From a virus (taxonomy: Duplodnaviria > Caudoviricetes): a stretch of 64,000 nucleotides of DNA. The first letter of the stretch is position 1, and every line of letters begins with the position of its first letter. The notes below the pieces were generated by a model. It saw only the letters and a list, made by a program, of their open reading frames with translations. It had not been told where the DNA came from and did not search any database. The position numbers and the translations under genes were made by a program. Shown piece after piece: positions 9,482 to 20,945 of the stretch. The stretch covers positions 9,082 to 73,081 of IMG/VR virus record IMGVR_UViG_3300005611_000013; one strand, 5' to 3'.

Positions 9482-10075
9482 CTAAAAGTCTATATTGAGA
9501 ATCGTAAAAAAATCACAGAAGTCCTTATCTATAGTTATCCACAACTGACCCGATGTGGACTGAGACTGAATATTGGCGACAATACCATTTCCTTTACCAG
9601 TATATTTTGGATTCCCATTTTTGTCAAGGTCTTCCACCCAATCAAGATTAAAATAATCTACTTTCTTTGAATCTACAACATAGCAATAATATTTTCTTTC
9701 ATCATCTTTTTTATTTGTGCCACATCCTATTAGATAATCATATTCCTTTTTTTGGAGGAAGTTTAATTTCTCCCCAAGTGTGGGATAGCTACTAGTTCTT
9801 GATCCCGATATTTTTATTTTTACATCACCATCTTCTTTAAGAATCATTCCAGACTTGTTAGATATTCTAGTATCATTCTTTACCTTCTGATCTTTACCTA
9901 TATAATGACTACATATAGGTTTCCAATCTGAACCAAATCCCATCTGTTTAAACGCTTTTGAGGTTAATTCTTCAAGATATACATCCTTGCAAGTATTATC
10001 ATATAGTTCATGATGCAAGCCTAAGTATATCCTTAGTTCCGTTGTAAATTTTTTGAATTCTTCTTCTGTGAACAT
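9482..10075 (-). CDS. Hypothetical protein, possible PD-(D/E)xK restriction endonuclease
   Basis: LEEL...GKD...ISNKSG spacing resembles a type II REase core; abuts the MTase gene. Start reassigned to MFTEEE because the longer start overlaps the tmRNA. Confidence 0.35.
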   Translation of the reverse strand: MFTEEEFKKFTTELRIYLGLHHELYDNTCKDVYLEELTSKAFKQMGFGSDWKPICSHYIGKDQKVKNDTRISNKSGMILKEDGDVKIKISGSRTSSYPTLGEKLNFLQKKEYDYLIGCGTNKKDDERKYYCYVVDSKKVDYFNLDWVEDLDKNGNPKYTGKGNGIVANIQSQSTSGQLWITIDKDFCDFFTILNIDF

Positions 10076-10097
10076 AATGTTTACCCTTGATATAAAG

Positions 10098-10448
10098 TGG
10101 AGGCGGGCGGAGTCGAACCGCCGTGTTGTATAAATTTCCATATAAACTTCTACATGTTTATCTAATCTTATTTTCTAGACATCTTGATTCAAGACTAGCA
10201 GAACATACAAGTGTCAAGCAACTGTTGCTTAGGCCAGTACCGTTGCTATGCTGGCAGCAGGAACATTTTACAGCGATTTTTCGGACCCTAGTTCCAACGG
10301 TTCCTAAAATCGTCGTTACCTTCTCAGGCAGCGAGAGCTAGATGAGTTTCGCCATCTAAAGCGTTTAGTCCAGTTTTAACGTAGCCTCTAGACTAACTAC
10401 GACATGCGATCTATATTTCTTTTTATCAATCGATGCCTTTACGCCCCC
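10098..10448 (-). ncRNA. ssrA: tmRNA, predicted tag (A)GETHLALAA
   Basis: Acceptor GGGGGCG/CGCCTCC-A with G3.U70; T-arm GGCGG-TTCGACT-CCGCC; UAGAU-GGC resume context; reading frame ends LALAA-TGA. Confidence 0.92.
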
Positions 10449-10832
10449 TTATTTGTATTTGTCAAGAAAGTATTTTGTCTTACTTGCACTATAACCAATA
10501 ATTCTTGCTACTTCTTTATCATTCTTTTCAACTATCATTACTGGTATAGATTTCACACCGTATTTATTTACCATTTCTTTTTCTTCATCAAAGTCATAGA
10601 GAATCAATTCGTAATTCCCTACTAATTCTACCACATCTGTAGTAGGTTTGTCAATAAGAAAATTCTTTAGAGATCTACATGGGCCGCACCAAGATGCGGA
10701 AAAAATAATTAGTTTTGCTTTTTGTTCTATAGCTGGCTCATCTGCCATAAGAAAATCAAAATCTCTAGAATAACCATTTATAGATACTATAGATATCAAC
10801 ACGGAAATCAAGAGGACATTAAAAGTTTTCAT
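10449..10832 (-). CDS. Thioredoxin-like protein with signal peptide
   Basis: FSASWCGPC...GVKSIP and a hydrophobic N-terminus. Confidence 0.85.
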   Translation of the reverse strand: MKTFNVLLISVLISIVSINGYSRDFDFLMADEPAIEQKAKLIIFSASWCGPCRSLKNFLIDKPTTDVVELVGNYELILYDFDEEKEMVNKYGVKSIPVMIVEKNDKEVARIIGYSASKTKYFLDKYK

Positions 10833-10873
10833 TGTAACCTCCAGAGTTAGTGTGTTATATCTATTAATACACT

Positions 10874-11173
10874 TCAGTAGTTATAAGTTCTCCATTCCAT
10901 ATTTATAGCATCTTTGATGACTAATTCTTTAGTGTAATATAATTCTTTTTTTATTCCGTTATTTCTATAGTAGTGCCATTCCAATATTACTTGTTCATCA
11001 TAAGCAGAGATATAAGTTGGCTGCTCTCCTAATTTGAGATATATTTCTTCAGCCGCATCAATAGTTTTTTCAGGTGGCTTTACTGGGCAATCTTTAAAGA
11101 GTGGCATATCTGGCATATCTCTAATTAACCAGAATGGATCTTTGTTTCTTTCGTTTAATATCTTATTCTTCAT
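10874..11173 (-). CDS. Hypothetical protein
   Basis: ORF in a tightly packed minus-strand run. Confidence 0.55.
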   Translation of the reverse strand: MKNKILNERNKDPFWLIRDMPDMPLFKDCPVKPPEKTIDAAEEIYLKLGEQPTYISAYDEQVILEWHYYRNNGIKKELYYTKELVIKDAINMEWRTYNY

Positions 11174-11906
11174 CAGGATATTTTCCAGTTAGTAGTTTAA
11201 TATGTTCTTTGCGACCGCAAAATTCTTGAAGCAAAATTTCATCATTATCTATTGTTATGTAATGGCAATCTTTCCCCGTCCAGCTACCACTGTTCCAGTA
11301 TTCTATCACCTTTCCATCTTTTGTCAAGTGGTGATGCAAGCAAGCCATATGAGTATGACCGCAGACTACAGTGTCTATATCATTATTTCTACAGTGATTT
11401 ATTGCATTCTCAACAACCATTCCGCATCTTATAATCTGCTTGCTCTTACTTTTAACAAGGTTGCTATAGTAATAATCTTTGTTATATCTTTTATCAAATG
11501 CTTGTATTATCCTGTAAACATAATCAGCAACCTTTGATGTGATTGGTCTTTGTTTTATGAACATGTCCCATCTATCACCGTGTGTGATAAGTATTGTTTT
11601 GCCGCCACTTCTAAATATATAGTCATCAAGAAAATCAACGCCAAGTAGATGAGCTATAACTTCTGCTTTTTGTGTATCGTGATTTCCTTTAATCCAAATA
11701 ACTTCTATCTCATCGGCAATTTTTCTAATCTTCTTTAGAATTTTCCAGTGACTATTTTTTATCCTTCTAAAATCTAAATTATCAAACACATCTCCATTCA
11801 GTATTAATTTCTTTGTCTCTAGATTATCCAAAAAATTTAATATTTCATCGGCCCTACATACATTAGAACCAATATGCAAGTCAGATATTATTGTATATTC
11901 TTTCAT
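11163..11906 (-). CDS. Metallophosphoesterase (LpxH/UDP-diacylglucosamine hydrolase-like)
   Basis: ISDLHIG, LNGDVFD, GNHD, THGD and GHTH motifs. Confidence 0.82.
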   Translation of the reverse strand: MKEYTIISDLHIGSNVCRADEILNFLDNLETKKLILNGDVFDNLDFRRIKNSHWKILKKIRKIADEIEVIWIKGNHDTQKAEVIAHLLGVDFLDDYIFRSGGKTILITHGDRWDMFIKQRPITSKVADYVYRIIQAFDKRYNKDYYYSNLVKSKSKQIIRCGMVVENAINHCRNNDIDTVVCGHTHMACLHHHLTKDGKVIEYWNSGSWTGKDCHYITIDNDEILLQEFCGRKEHIKLLTGKYPDEE

Positions 11907-11995
11907 TTAATCAATCTTGTGGTTATTGAATAGGTCAAAATAATATGCAGCTATATTCAATATGACGCATATTACGATAATTATTATTTCTTCCA

Positions 11996-14900
11996 TCATT
12001 TTTTTATTGATTTTGCTTTTATGTGCCCAAGCACATCGTAAAAACAATGTTCGCATAAATGTATTTCATAGCTCTGACCGTCGCTATCAGACCAGTATCC
12101 CCATTCAGCAGATAGTGTTGCATATTCATTGTCTGCCATTTCATTTGACTTACAGCATTTTGAGCAGCAATCACAAATTACATAGTCTAAAACTTGTGCC
12201 ACTCCAGATCTATATACTCTCACTTTTCTTCCTCTGGATACCAAAATCTACAGTAGAACTGTCCCTCATATCTATCTATTTCTGATTGGGGATAACCTTC
12301 TCTTACTAACCAATCATACATAGTTCCTTCTTCTTTGGAAGGATCATATAATTTTGGAAAAGTTTTACCGTCAGGACCAGCATACCTATGTCCACTTGGG
12401 GGATCAACCATTACTGGTTTAGAATAAATGTCAGTCATTTTTTACCTCTATGAGTCGTAAAAGGTCTTCAAAAGCACTAATCCTACCACTCCAATAAAAT
12501 GCTGTTTCTCTTTGGAATTTTGTGGGATTTTCTACCATTCCATATACAGTATCATATTTAGTTTCGCAAAAGGCTTTCTCTTGTTGTAAAAAATTCTTTA
12601 TGTTTCCTATGTCAATCATTTTGATCTCCAAAGTATTTCTTTTCACACTTTTCACAAAGTACTTTAATCCATCTTGTTTTTGTGGGTCTACCCGATGATC
12701 CGCACATCTCACAAACTTTACTACTATAATTTTCAGCCATTCTTACAGCACCATGAATGTATTCGTCTCCACCCATATAATACACCCTAAGCGTACCAAA
12801 CTTTTCCTTTAGTTGCTGAAATACAACATAATCAACATTCTCTCGCCATTTCTGCTCTAGTGCTTTTTCGTGACTGTTGATAGTGTAACAGATGGAAGCA
12901 ACTAGGTCAAGCCATCCGTCGTAAAATGCAAGATATTGTGTTTGTGAAAATAGTCTAGGGTATTTGGCGATAAGTTCTGCTCTCTTATCCGTTTGATCCG
13001 GTGGTGACACTTTTAATCTCCTTCTTTACTTTTTTCTCAATGTTCTGAAAAGTCTTCTTAATAGAATCATGAAGTTCGTAATCTTTCTTATATGCTGTTA
13101 TCGCATCTAAAACTTTCCACAATTCTGCCGTACTAAAATCTATACTCATTCATCAATCTCCTTTTATACACCGCTTACTCAAGGTTTTCTACAACCCCAA
13201 CCTGTTCCTTGAGCCTGAACCATTCACTTCTAATTTGACTAATGGCTTCGTTTATATTATCGGGAAATGGCGAACCGTATTTATCCCACGATCTCAGTAA
13301 CTCTTCAAATTCACAAATAAATACATACATCTTGTTTGCTTGATTAAAGTTATCAAACTCATATTTTTCGTCCGGTAAATCAAACTCAACTGTTATTTTA
13401 GGCATTTTAACGCTCTCTTTCATTTATTTAATATCTTCTGTATATAACCCATAATCTATTCCGCGTTTTACTGCTATATTGTTAATAAAGTCAACAAGAA
13501 CAGCATCAACATCGTCCTGACTAATAGAACACTCTCCTTTTAAATTATTCATATGTTTATTTCTGTTTATAGAATTTATACAATGTGTGCGATAAATTTG
13601 TGCTTCTTCTTTTAGAAGATTAAGCAATTCAAGCATAGTCATCATGCCATTCTTTCTCTAATTTAGCCAGTGTAAGATTTACATGTTGATTAGTATAAAA
13701 ACAATCAAGATCACTATCTTTTATCTCATTATATTTTTCGGGCCAAACATCCCACAACACATTCATTAAGGTTTGTCCATATCTCCACCGATTAACAGCA
13801 CGAACCTTTGGAGGTTGATTACTCATAAAGGTATCTTCTACTTTTTTTATGAAGTCTGTAAAATTCATGTTAACCTATTCTTGTTTTACTTTAACTTCCA
13901 TTCGTCCTACAATACTCTTAGTAGGCTGATTCGTAATAATGTGTGAACTGATTTTTACACCAGTATCGGAAATCTTCACTATCTTCCAAACCCATAGTTG
14001 ATATAAAATCCCTATAATGGATATCAAATATTTCTTCTCGGGGAGATACTTTACGGCTCGCAAGCCATACATAAAACGGAAGCGTGTGACCCGGCATATC
14101 ACTAGACCAATCCATCATGTTCTTAAAATTTTTTTCCATTCTTATATTTCCTCTCCGGTATTATAGTCAATCACTGGCTTAGACAGACAATCAATCATTT
14201 CCTTTAGAATTACTAATAAATCATTAATACTTTCAGCCTTAACTTTTTCTGGGTATTCTCCTATTCCTATAATATCGCCAGACTGATCAAAAACCCGCCT
14301 AATATCAAGGCTATTATTTTTACTTTTTACAACACGATATCCCCAACAGCCCATTATTTATTCTCCATGTTTCATGCGATAACAATTAGAACCACAAAGC
14401 CAATCTCCATCATCATCCTCAAAACCATCTTGATGAACAGGACATCTGTAGTCATTATTGACCGAAATGTCTCTTTCACAAGTATGCACAATTTTACCAC
14501 ATACCACACACTTTTCAAGAGGGGCAGACGGATCACAACATTCAAGTCGTTCGTTTTCGTTGTTCATTGTTCAATCTTTCTAGTTCGGGTGAGACATCAT
14601 CCAAAAGAGCATCAATAACACTTTTCATCTGGGCCATTTCATTTCTTTGATCACGAACTTCACGCTTATATGAATCTATAACATTGTTTAGATGTTCAAT
14701 CTTCTGAAGTAAGTATTGTTCTTGTTGAGTATCCATTACTTATCTTTATAAAGAGGATAATCTTTTTCATTTTTTTCTAGTCGTTTTGCTAGTTCAAGTA
14801 TATCAAACTCGCTCCAACCAGCAAAATATCCACGCATATAGATTTGAGTAAGCTGATCGTTGTTTTTGTAATATTCTTTAACTGTTTCAATCCAAATTTT

Positions 14901-15820
14901 AGTAGCAGCAAATAGTGGGTTTTCTTGCATTATTTATTCCTCATATGGTTTTATTATCCATCCTAATTTTTCTAAATCGGCACGAACTTCGTCTGTAACA
15001 GTTCCTTCTCCAACAAAATCTGGATTATCTGATAATGCAGCGGAACAATACAGGTCTAAGTAATCATAAGCCTTTCCTGTTTCTAGCCACTTCATATCCG
15101 CTACAATTCCACCAGCATAACGCCAACTACAAGTCCAAGGTTCTTTCATATCCCCCTTGAAAAATTGATTATTACATAAACACGCATATAGATTCTGTGC
15201 ATAAACATCATTCCTAGTTTTTGCAACAATAAAATCTGCGTGAAATAAATCATGCTCTAAGTTATTCGTTGGCTCCTTACGATCATTCATTAAATCCATA
15301 ACCTCCCCCTACAACTGATAAGTTGTTTTAGTTTTTCGGTATCTTCTTCATAAGTATTCGGACTAAGGTCATCTACTTCGTCGCTGTTTCTCTGTTGCCA
15401 CCATTCATATAGCTCTTTTAAATCTTGGTCAATCTCAGAGAGAACAAAATGTTTCTGATTATATTCAAACAACTTTGAAAACTCATTAAAACATGCGTAT
15501 AAAATACGGGTATCTAGATCATAATACTCACCTTTTGGAAGGCCCGTATCTAGTAAATAGAGATTTCTATTAAGAAAACGCATCCTTACATTATGATAGA
15601 CATCGTATGGAAAATAAACAATATCTTGAATTTTACTGAGCAAAGTATCAGATAGGTAATATCTAAAAGGTCTTTCTTTCTTCATCCTATCTCTCCAAAC
15701 AGCCCATTCTTCAAGGGGAAGGTATCGTGGCTTCTTTTCACCCCTAATAAAATCTGCAAATTTTGAGCATGACCAATAACGAAATCTTGTTTTTAAATAA
15801 CTAAATACCATTTTATTCAC
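11996..15820 (-). CDS. Run of ~15 small hypothetical proteins
   Basis: Abutting or overlapping ORFs 11996-12244, 12220-12438, 12431-12712, 12612-13010, 13175-13423, 13424-13645, 13629-13868, 13918-14139, 14142-14354, 14358-14567, 14542-14736, 14736-14930, 14934-15299, 15290-15820, several with SD-like motifs. No family recognised. Confidence 0.6.
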
Positions 15821-16184
15821 CTATCTTTTTCACTTCTTCTATTTTTGAGGAGATGCCCCATGAATACGCAGACTGTCTTAGGTATTTGTCGCCCCTTTTC
15901 TCAATGATCTCCATCATACCAGACTCTATCCAAACAATCAAGACCCTATCCTCGCTTCCAGAATGCTGCCATACGCCCCAATTATTTAGTTTGCCTTCTG
16001 GGTCTAGGTCTATGGCATAACCGTCTTCTAGTAGCCTTATAGCACCCCAAGAGCGACAATTCCAGCATCCTATGGGCCATGTTATGTGTTGTTGTTTTTG
16101 TTGAACTGCGACACGTTCTTTCTTCTTGTCGTCATCTGCGACAGGTTCCATGAGAAAAAACGATAAAAGCAATTCAAATATCAT
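15813..16184 (-). CDS. Hypothetical protein with signal-like N-terminus
   Basis: MIFELLLSFFLM hydrophobic start. Confidence 0.5.
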   Translation of the reverse strand: MIFELLLSFFLMEPVADDDKKKERVAVQQKQQHITWPIGCWNCRSWGAIRLLEDGYAIDLDPEGKLNNWGVWQHSGSEDRVLIVWIESGMMEIIEKRGDKYLRQSAYSWGISSKIEEVKKIGE

Positions 16185-16900
16185 TAGAATACTTCTTCTA
16201 TTGTCCAGTTTACTTCAAATTGTATAGTTTCATCTAAAAACTTGATGAATTTTTTACCCTCTTCACTGTTCTTGTATTCAGCATAAAGCTTATCAGATTT
16301 TGGGCTATTATATTCAGGTATCGTTCTTCCCTGTATATACAGATGGTGCGAGCGGTCAAGTAGGTATTCAAAGAATTCTTTAAACTGATCGTTGTTTTCA
16401 AAATACTCTGGGTCTTTATCTTTAATACACATGTATAGTGCCGTAGAATATATCATGAATTCAAAAGCACCAGAAACCGCATCTGTTCTTTCAAGAGGAA
16501 GTTTTAAAGACCAATCCACAAAAGCACAAGACCCGCCAAGAGAATAACAATTCCACTCCTCCATGATATAGAGGGGAGAATCATTCCAGTATTTTAACTG
16601 GTCAACGAAGTAAAGGTTGTATCTGTATCCCCTGAGATTAGTTGACACATAAGGTGCGACATCCTTGATGGTTAGATTGGGCTGTTTAATTAAAACACCG
16701 CGACCTTTCTCAAAATAAAAACCATTAACATTTCCCCTGTTCTCATTTCTTAGTTGACTGCTAATCATATGAGAAGTCTCGTGAACATTAGTTGCACGAG
16801 ACTCGTTTGTTACTGGATTTTTAGCATGGGATAATACATCAGAGTAGATATAATTATCTTCTTCTACTTCTCTATATTTAGTTAGCTTGATTACTTTCAT
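16184..16900 (-). CDS. Hypothetical protein with HExxH motif (possible metallopeptidase)
   Basis: VHETSHMIS plus a downstream EEWNCY. Confidence 0.45.
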   Translation of the reverse strand: MKVIKLTKYREVEEDNYIYSDVLSHAKNPVTNESRATNVHETSHMISSQLRNENRGNVNGFYFEKGRGVLIKQPNLTIKDVAPYVSTNLRGYRYNLYFVDQLKYWNDSPLYIMEEWNCYSLGGSCAFVDWSLKLPLERTDAVSGAFEFMIYSTALYMCIKDKDPEYFENNDQFKEFFEYLLDRSHHLYIQGRTIPEYNSPKSDKLYAEYKNSEEGKKFIKFLDETIQFEVNWTIEEVF

Positions 16901-17396
16901 TGCTTATCTTGCATCCCTTTTTATAATTTTCATGCTTCCATAATGGTTGGGTATTTGTGTAATGAAAACATTTTCTCTGATCTTCTTCCTTTGTCAAATC
17001 AAATGATGCACATGGTATAATATGATCTATATGCCATTCGCCATAATTTTCCCAAGACATTCCATCTGTAAACTTATTTTCTAAGTATATTTTCCATTCT
17101 TGTGCAGAACATCCAAGAATTGATAACGAATGATCAGATTTAAACTGACTTCTAATAGTCTGTCGCATTCTACGTCGTAGACTTTGAGCTATTTTAGCAT
17201 GTGGATTTTTGTCTATATAATTCTTATAATTCCTAGCCATTCTTGGCTTATCATTAACAAGTCTATCAAGATCTATTGAGTTTTTACATTTCTTGCATCG
17301 TGCATAAAAACCATATTTTCCATTTTTATTTCTATGGAAATTATCAGCGTTTGCTATTTTTTCCTCACCGCATTTTGTGCATTTTTTGTAATTCAT
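16878..17396 (-). CDS. HNH homing endonuclease
   Basis: KKCTKC...CKKC N-terminus; WHIDHIIPCASF...HYTNTQPLW...ENYKK; AGGAG SD. Confidence 0.85.
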   Translation of the reverse strand: MNYKKCTKCGEEKIANADNFHRNKNGKYGFYARCKKCKNSIDLDRLVNDKPRMARNYKNYIDKNPHAKIAQSLRRRMRQTIRSQFKSDHSLSILGCSAQEWKIYLENKFTDGMSWENYGEWHIDHIIPCASFDLTKEEDQRKCFHYTNTQPLWKHENYKKGCKISNESNQAN

Positions 17397-17479
17397 ATAG
17401 GATCTCCTGAAAAGCTGGCAATGGGCTGAGAATATTATTTTTCTCATTTAATCTTACGAACCCATGCCCGTTAATTTAA

Positions 17480-17722
17480 TCAACCAGAGCAGCTACCACA
17501 CGCTGACGTTACAGCCGCAGGGCGGCAGCGACGGGCAGCACGACGAGAAGCAACGCGACTACGAACACCGCGAACAACGCGAACCGGAGCTGTTACAACC
17601 TTTTCAGCAACCCCTACGGTTGCCTGAACGGTAGAACGAACTGGCTTGCAACTACCACACTCCCCAGCGAAAGCAACGCTACCAACGAAACTAAAAACAA
17701 GTGCTAGAAAAACATTCTTCAT
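17480..17722 (-). CDS. Small secreted Arg/Cys-rich protein
   Basis: Signal peptide ending AFA; CGSC motifs at both ends of the mature part. Confidence 0.65.
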   Translation of the reverse strand: MKNVFLALVFSFVGSVAFAGECGSCKPVRSTVQATVGVAEKVVTAPVRVVRGVRSRVASRRAARRCRPAAVTSACGSCSG

Positions 17723-17757
17723 AGATAAATCCTTTTGTTAAAGTTAAAAACCAACAG

Positions 17758-17830
17758 TACTCCCGGAGGGACTTGAACCCCCAACCTAGCGGGTAGAAAC
17801 CGCTTGCTCTATCCATTGAGCTACGAGAGC
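17758..17830 (-). tRNA. tRNA-Arg(TCT)
   Basis: Cloverleaf GCTCTCG...AGCGG-TT-TCT-AC-CCGCT...GGGGG TTCAAGT CCCTC CGGGAGT A. Confidence 0.9.
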
Positions 17831-18003
17831 TTTTTGTATTCCAGTTTAGGAATATGACTATCACCACCATCAACTACATCTACAATCTTAACAGAAATAA
17901 TTTTGTTGTCAAGTGAATTGTTTTTTCTGTAGGCATCAATCATCTTTGCGATCTGCTTACATAGGGTTGTACAATCTATTTGTTCGTTTAGCTTGATAAT
18001 CAT
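17821..18003 (-). CDS. Hypothetical protein
   Basis: 60-aa ORF ending at the tRNA-Arg 5' end. Confidence 0.45.
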   Translation of the reverse strand: MIIKLNEQIDCTTLCKQIAKMIDAYRKNNSLDNKIISVKIVDVVDGGDSHIPKLEYKKLS

Positions 18004-18086
18004 TTTTGTTCACATTTGGTGTATATTAATACAGCATACGCTCTGATCTTTTAAACAATGCGTCTTCTTTTTGAAAGGTTGATACC

Positions 18087-18548
18087 ATGAATCAAAAGTA
18101 TGACTATTCTAATCTTGAAAGTATTTGTGCTGATTCTCGCAGTTATCGTGAATGTTTACTAAAAATAGGCTGTTCTGCTGCCGCTGGAGGGCATTATGAA
18201 TCCATTAAAAGTGAAATAAAAAAACGTGGCATAGATATTTCTCATTTTACACATAAAGGATGGAACAAAGGGAATACTCCAAATCCATCAAAACCAATTG
18301 AAGACTATTTAAGTAATAAACAAACAATTCAATCCTTTAAACTAAAGGGCAGATTGATTAAAGAGAAAATCTTTGAACATAAGTGTTACGAGTGTCAAAG
18401 GGAAATATGGCTTGGTGAGCAAATTCCCCTTGAGTTGCATCACATTAATGGTAATAACAAAGATAATTCACTTTCAAATCTCACCCTTCTTTGTCCAAAT
18501 TGTCACGCTCAAACTCGCAATTATCGTGGAAAAAATAAATCTAAATAG
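18087..18548 (+). CDS. HNH endonuclease, convergent on tRNA-Leu
   Basis: CYECQ...LELHHINGNNKDNSLSNLTLLCPNCHAQT; the stop TAG overlaps the tRNA-Leu 3' end. Confidence 0.88.
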   Translation: MNQKYDYSNLESICADSRSYRECLLKIGCSAAAGGHYESIKSEIKKRGIDISHFTHKGWNKGNTPNPSKPIEDYLSNKQTIQSFKLKGRLIKEKIFEHKCYECQREIWLGEQIPLELHHINGNNKDNSLSNLTLLCPNCHAQTRNYRGKNKSK

Positions 18549-18817
18549 GAACGGTGGGACTCGAACCCACACTGAACGGATTTTCTTACTACTATAACTT
18601 TCGTTACCATTTCTGTTTGTAGTCTGGACTTTATCTTAACCATGACTTTCGTCTTAGGTTCCTGCCGTCAAGTCTCTACACCTTCCTATTACTAGGCTTG
18701 GCTCGGTATTGCCATATTAAAGGTTTCACCGAATTTGACAGGTTCTACTTTATTAGTTTCTTAATAAGCACTCAAATTTCTCTAAGTCCGATGCCTCTGC
18801 CTTTGGGCTACGTTCCC
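18546..18817 (-). tRNA. tRNA-Leu(TAA) split by a group I intron
   Basis: 5' exon 18817-18784 GGGAACG...TCGGACTT; 3' exon 18584-18546 AAAATCCGTTCAGTGTGGGTTCGAGTCCCACCGTTCCTA. The spliced loop is CT-TAA-AA. Confidence 0.88.
18585..18783 (-). mobile_element. Group I intron (199 nt, IC3-like, no internal ORF)
   Basis: P AAATTCGGTGAAACC, Q AATACCGAGCC, R GTGTAGAGACTTGA, S AAGATAAAGTCC; IGS GAGT pairs with exon ACTT; terminal G; GNRA hairpins. Confidence 0.9.
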
Positions 18818-18824
18818 ACTCCTT

Positions 18825-20721
18825 TTAGTCTTCGTTATAGGATGAATCAGAACAATTCACATTAGGATTATTCCGACAACAATAATACTGAAAGTTGTCC
18901 ACGCTTGGGAATGAACTCCCCTTATATGTCCACTTATCGCACTTTGGAATATACTCTCTATATTCGTTAAGTTTAAAACATTGACACATTGTGTCTTCAA
19001 GCTTATCAGCATGTAGAGACAATAGTGAAGAAATTCCATTTAGAGCATTGGTAACTTTGTCGCAAAGTTCATCATCAATATTCTCTGACTCCATTAGCAA
19101 GCTACTTATTTCACTTATATCTTCTGCAAAAGTGTGCAGTCTCATAATTTCATTCTCAAGATCAAATCTATCTTTCATAGTCTGTTACTCCTGTGTCGTA
19201 AGGAAACCCATCTTCGTAATCTTCAGTATACTCGCCCTGAGCTTCGTTGTCAAGCCAGGGTACATCATCATCTGGTAAAATTTTCATTAATTACTCCATC
19301 ACATAATATGGTTGATAAACCCACCTCGTTACTGGCACTGTTTTGACTTCTGTAACTGTCCTGAAAACATATTTTTTTTCTACTTGTGTAGTTTCAAGAA
19401 CCACATGGGGAACGAGTTGATATTTAATAACAAGTTGTGGCACATAAACCCGTGGCTGAACAGTAGTAGTAATTATCTGTTCTTGAACAACAACTTGAGG
19501 TTGATTCACTGGAACCCATGTACCAGTAGCATAGCATACAGATGAACAAAGTGCAAATATAGCCCCTAGAAAAATTCTCATGTGTTCTCCCTTATAAAGT
19601 AATACCTTGAATATTCGCCTTGAATATCACTTATGAAATCTAATGAACCCGTATCATCCGGCCCATAAACATATTCCTTTGGTATTTCCTTAAATACTTT
19701 TTTTTGCTTTGCTTCATCCCAATCAAGCTTACCATACTTAGTCCAATAAAGGTATCTAAATCCATCGTATGTCTTAGTATCGCAAAGCATTTTCTCCATC
19801 ATTATGCAAAGTTTTTGCTTAGTTGACTGTGGTATTTTAGAAGCAAGCAAATCATTAATAGTATTCTTAGCATAGGTTAAGAAATCTACAGATACTTGCT
19901 TTCTCTTCTGAGTTTTTATCATTCATCATCCTCCTCATCCTGTACTTCAAGCTCCTCTTCGTTATTAAAAACGATTCTTGGAATCCATCCATCTTCATTG
20001 TACTCAACTAGATCGCAAACATGTTCATCTCCACTGTCTGCGTCATAAATAATAACTTCATCCGAAAGTTCAATATCACTACTATTGATATAGTCAAGCA
20101 GATTCTGCCATGTCAGTCTTTTCAACATTCATTTGCTCCATAATTTGAAGGTTCATACTATTCCGAACGCTCTCTGAATATCTTACAGGATCAGCTAGTC
20201 CGTTGTCAAGTGCATTTTTTGACGCAAAATAATAGCCCCTATCATCAGAAACAAGTAGAAAACCATCTGGAACTGCAACCTTAGAAAGTATTTCTTCATC
20301 TTTAACAAGCATATCGCTTGTTGTTCCGTATGGGGTTTTAGTTGTTATAGACCTTCCAGTTTCATGTTTCCTGATTTTTATCGTGTTTCTTGCCATCTTT
20401 TTCTCCTTCTTCTTTTACTGAAAATACCATGCAACACCCTTCATCACTCCAATAACATTCTAGTATATCTTCTGCACACATTTTTGCAAGCTGACATCCC
20501 ACAAGCCAGGATTGAATTTCCTCAACAATATTATCGGCTATTTCCTCGTTAATGATTAAGCCTTTTTTGGATTTTTCTTTTACGATCTGCACCACGTTGC
20601 TGATCTTTATGTAAGATTTAGCTTCTTTTAAATCCATTTCAATATACTTGCAAGACATAGAAAGTATTTTTTTGGAAAATATCTTTATGTTTTTAATTTT
20701 GTAGTTTCCCTCATCTTCCAT
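18825..20721 (-). CDS. Run of small hypothetical proteins
   Basis: ORFs 18825-19178, 19291-19581 (signal peptide), 19578-19922, 19919-20128, 20094-20396, 20362-20721. Confidence 0.6.
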
Positions 20722-20744
20722 TTTAACCTCCTCTTAAAAAGAAA

Positions 20745-20817
20745 AGCCGATGACAGGACTTGAACCTGCAACAGACTGATTACAAATCAGTTACTCTACC
20801 AATTGAGTTACATCGGC
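20745..20817 (-). tRNA. tRNA-Thr(TGT)
   Basis: GCCGATG...CTGA-TT-TGT-AA-TCAG...GCAGG TTCAAGT CCTGT CATCGGC T. Confidence 0.92.
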
Positions 20818-20868
20818 CCAGAGGGATTTTTAAAGAGATACCCCGAAAACTCTGCGTCGGCCTCCGAA

Positions 20869-20942
20869 CGAGAATGATGGGACTTGAACCCACAACCTCT
20901 GGCGTGACAGGCCAGTGATCTAACCAATTGATCTACATTCCC
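20869..20942 (-). tRNA. tRNA-Asp(GTC)
   Basis: GGGAATG...CTGGC-CT-GTC-AC-GCCAG...CATTCTC G. Confidence 0.92.
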
Positions 20943-20945
20943 AAG

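Noticed and set aside
10076-10141. Extended N-terminus of ORF 9482-10141
   Set aside because: Overlaps the tmRNA T-arm and acceptor stem; the ATG at 10075 is more plausible.
18780-18817. Uninterrupted tRNA-Leu(TAG) reading of the 5' exon
   Set aside because: No 3' half follows; the matching 3' half lies 199 nt away after a group I terminal G, giving TAA on splicing.
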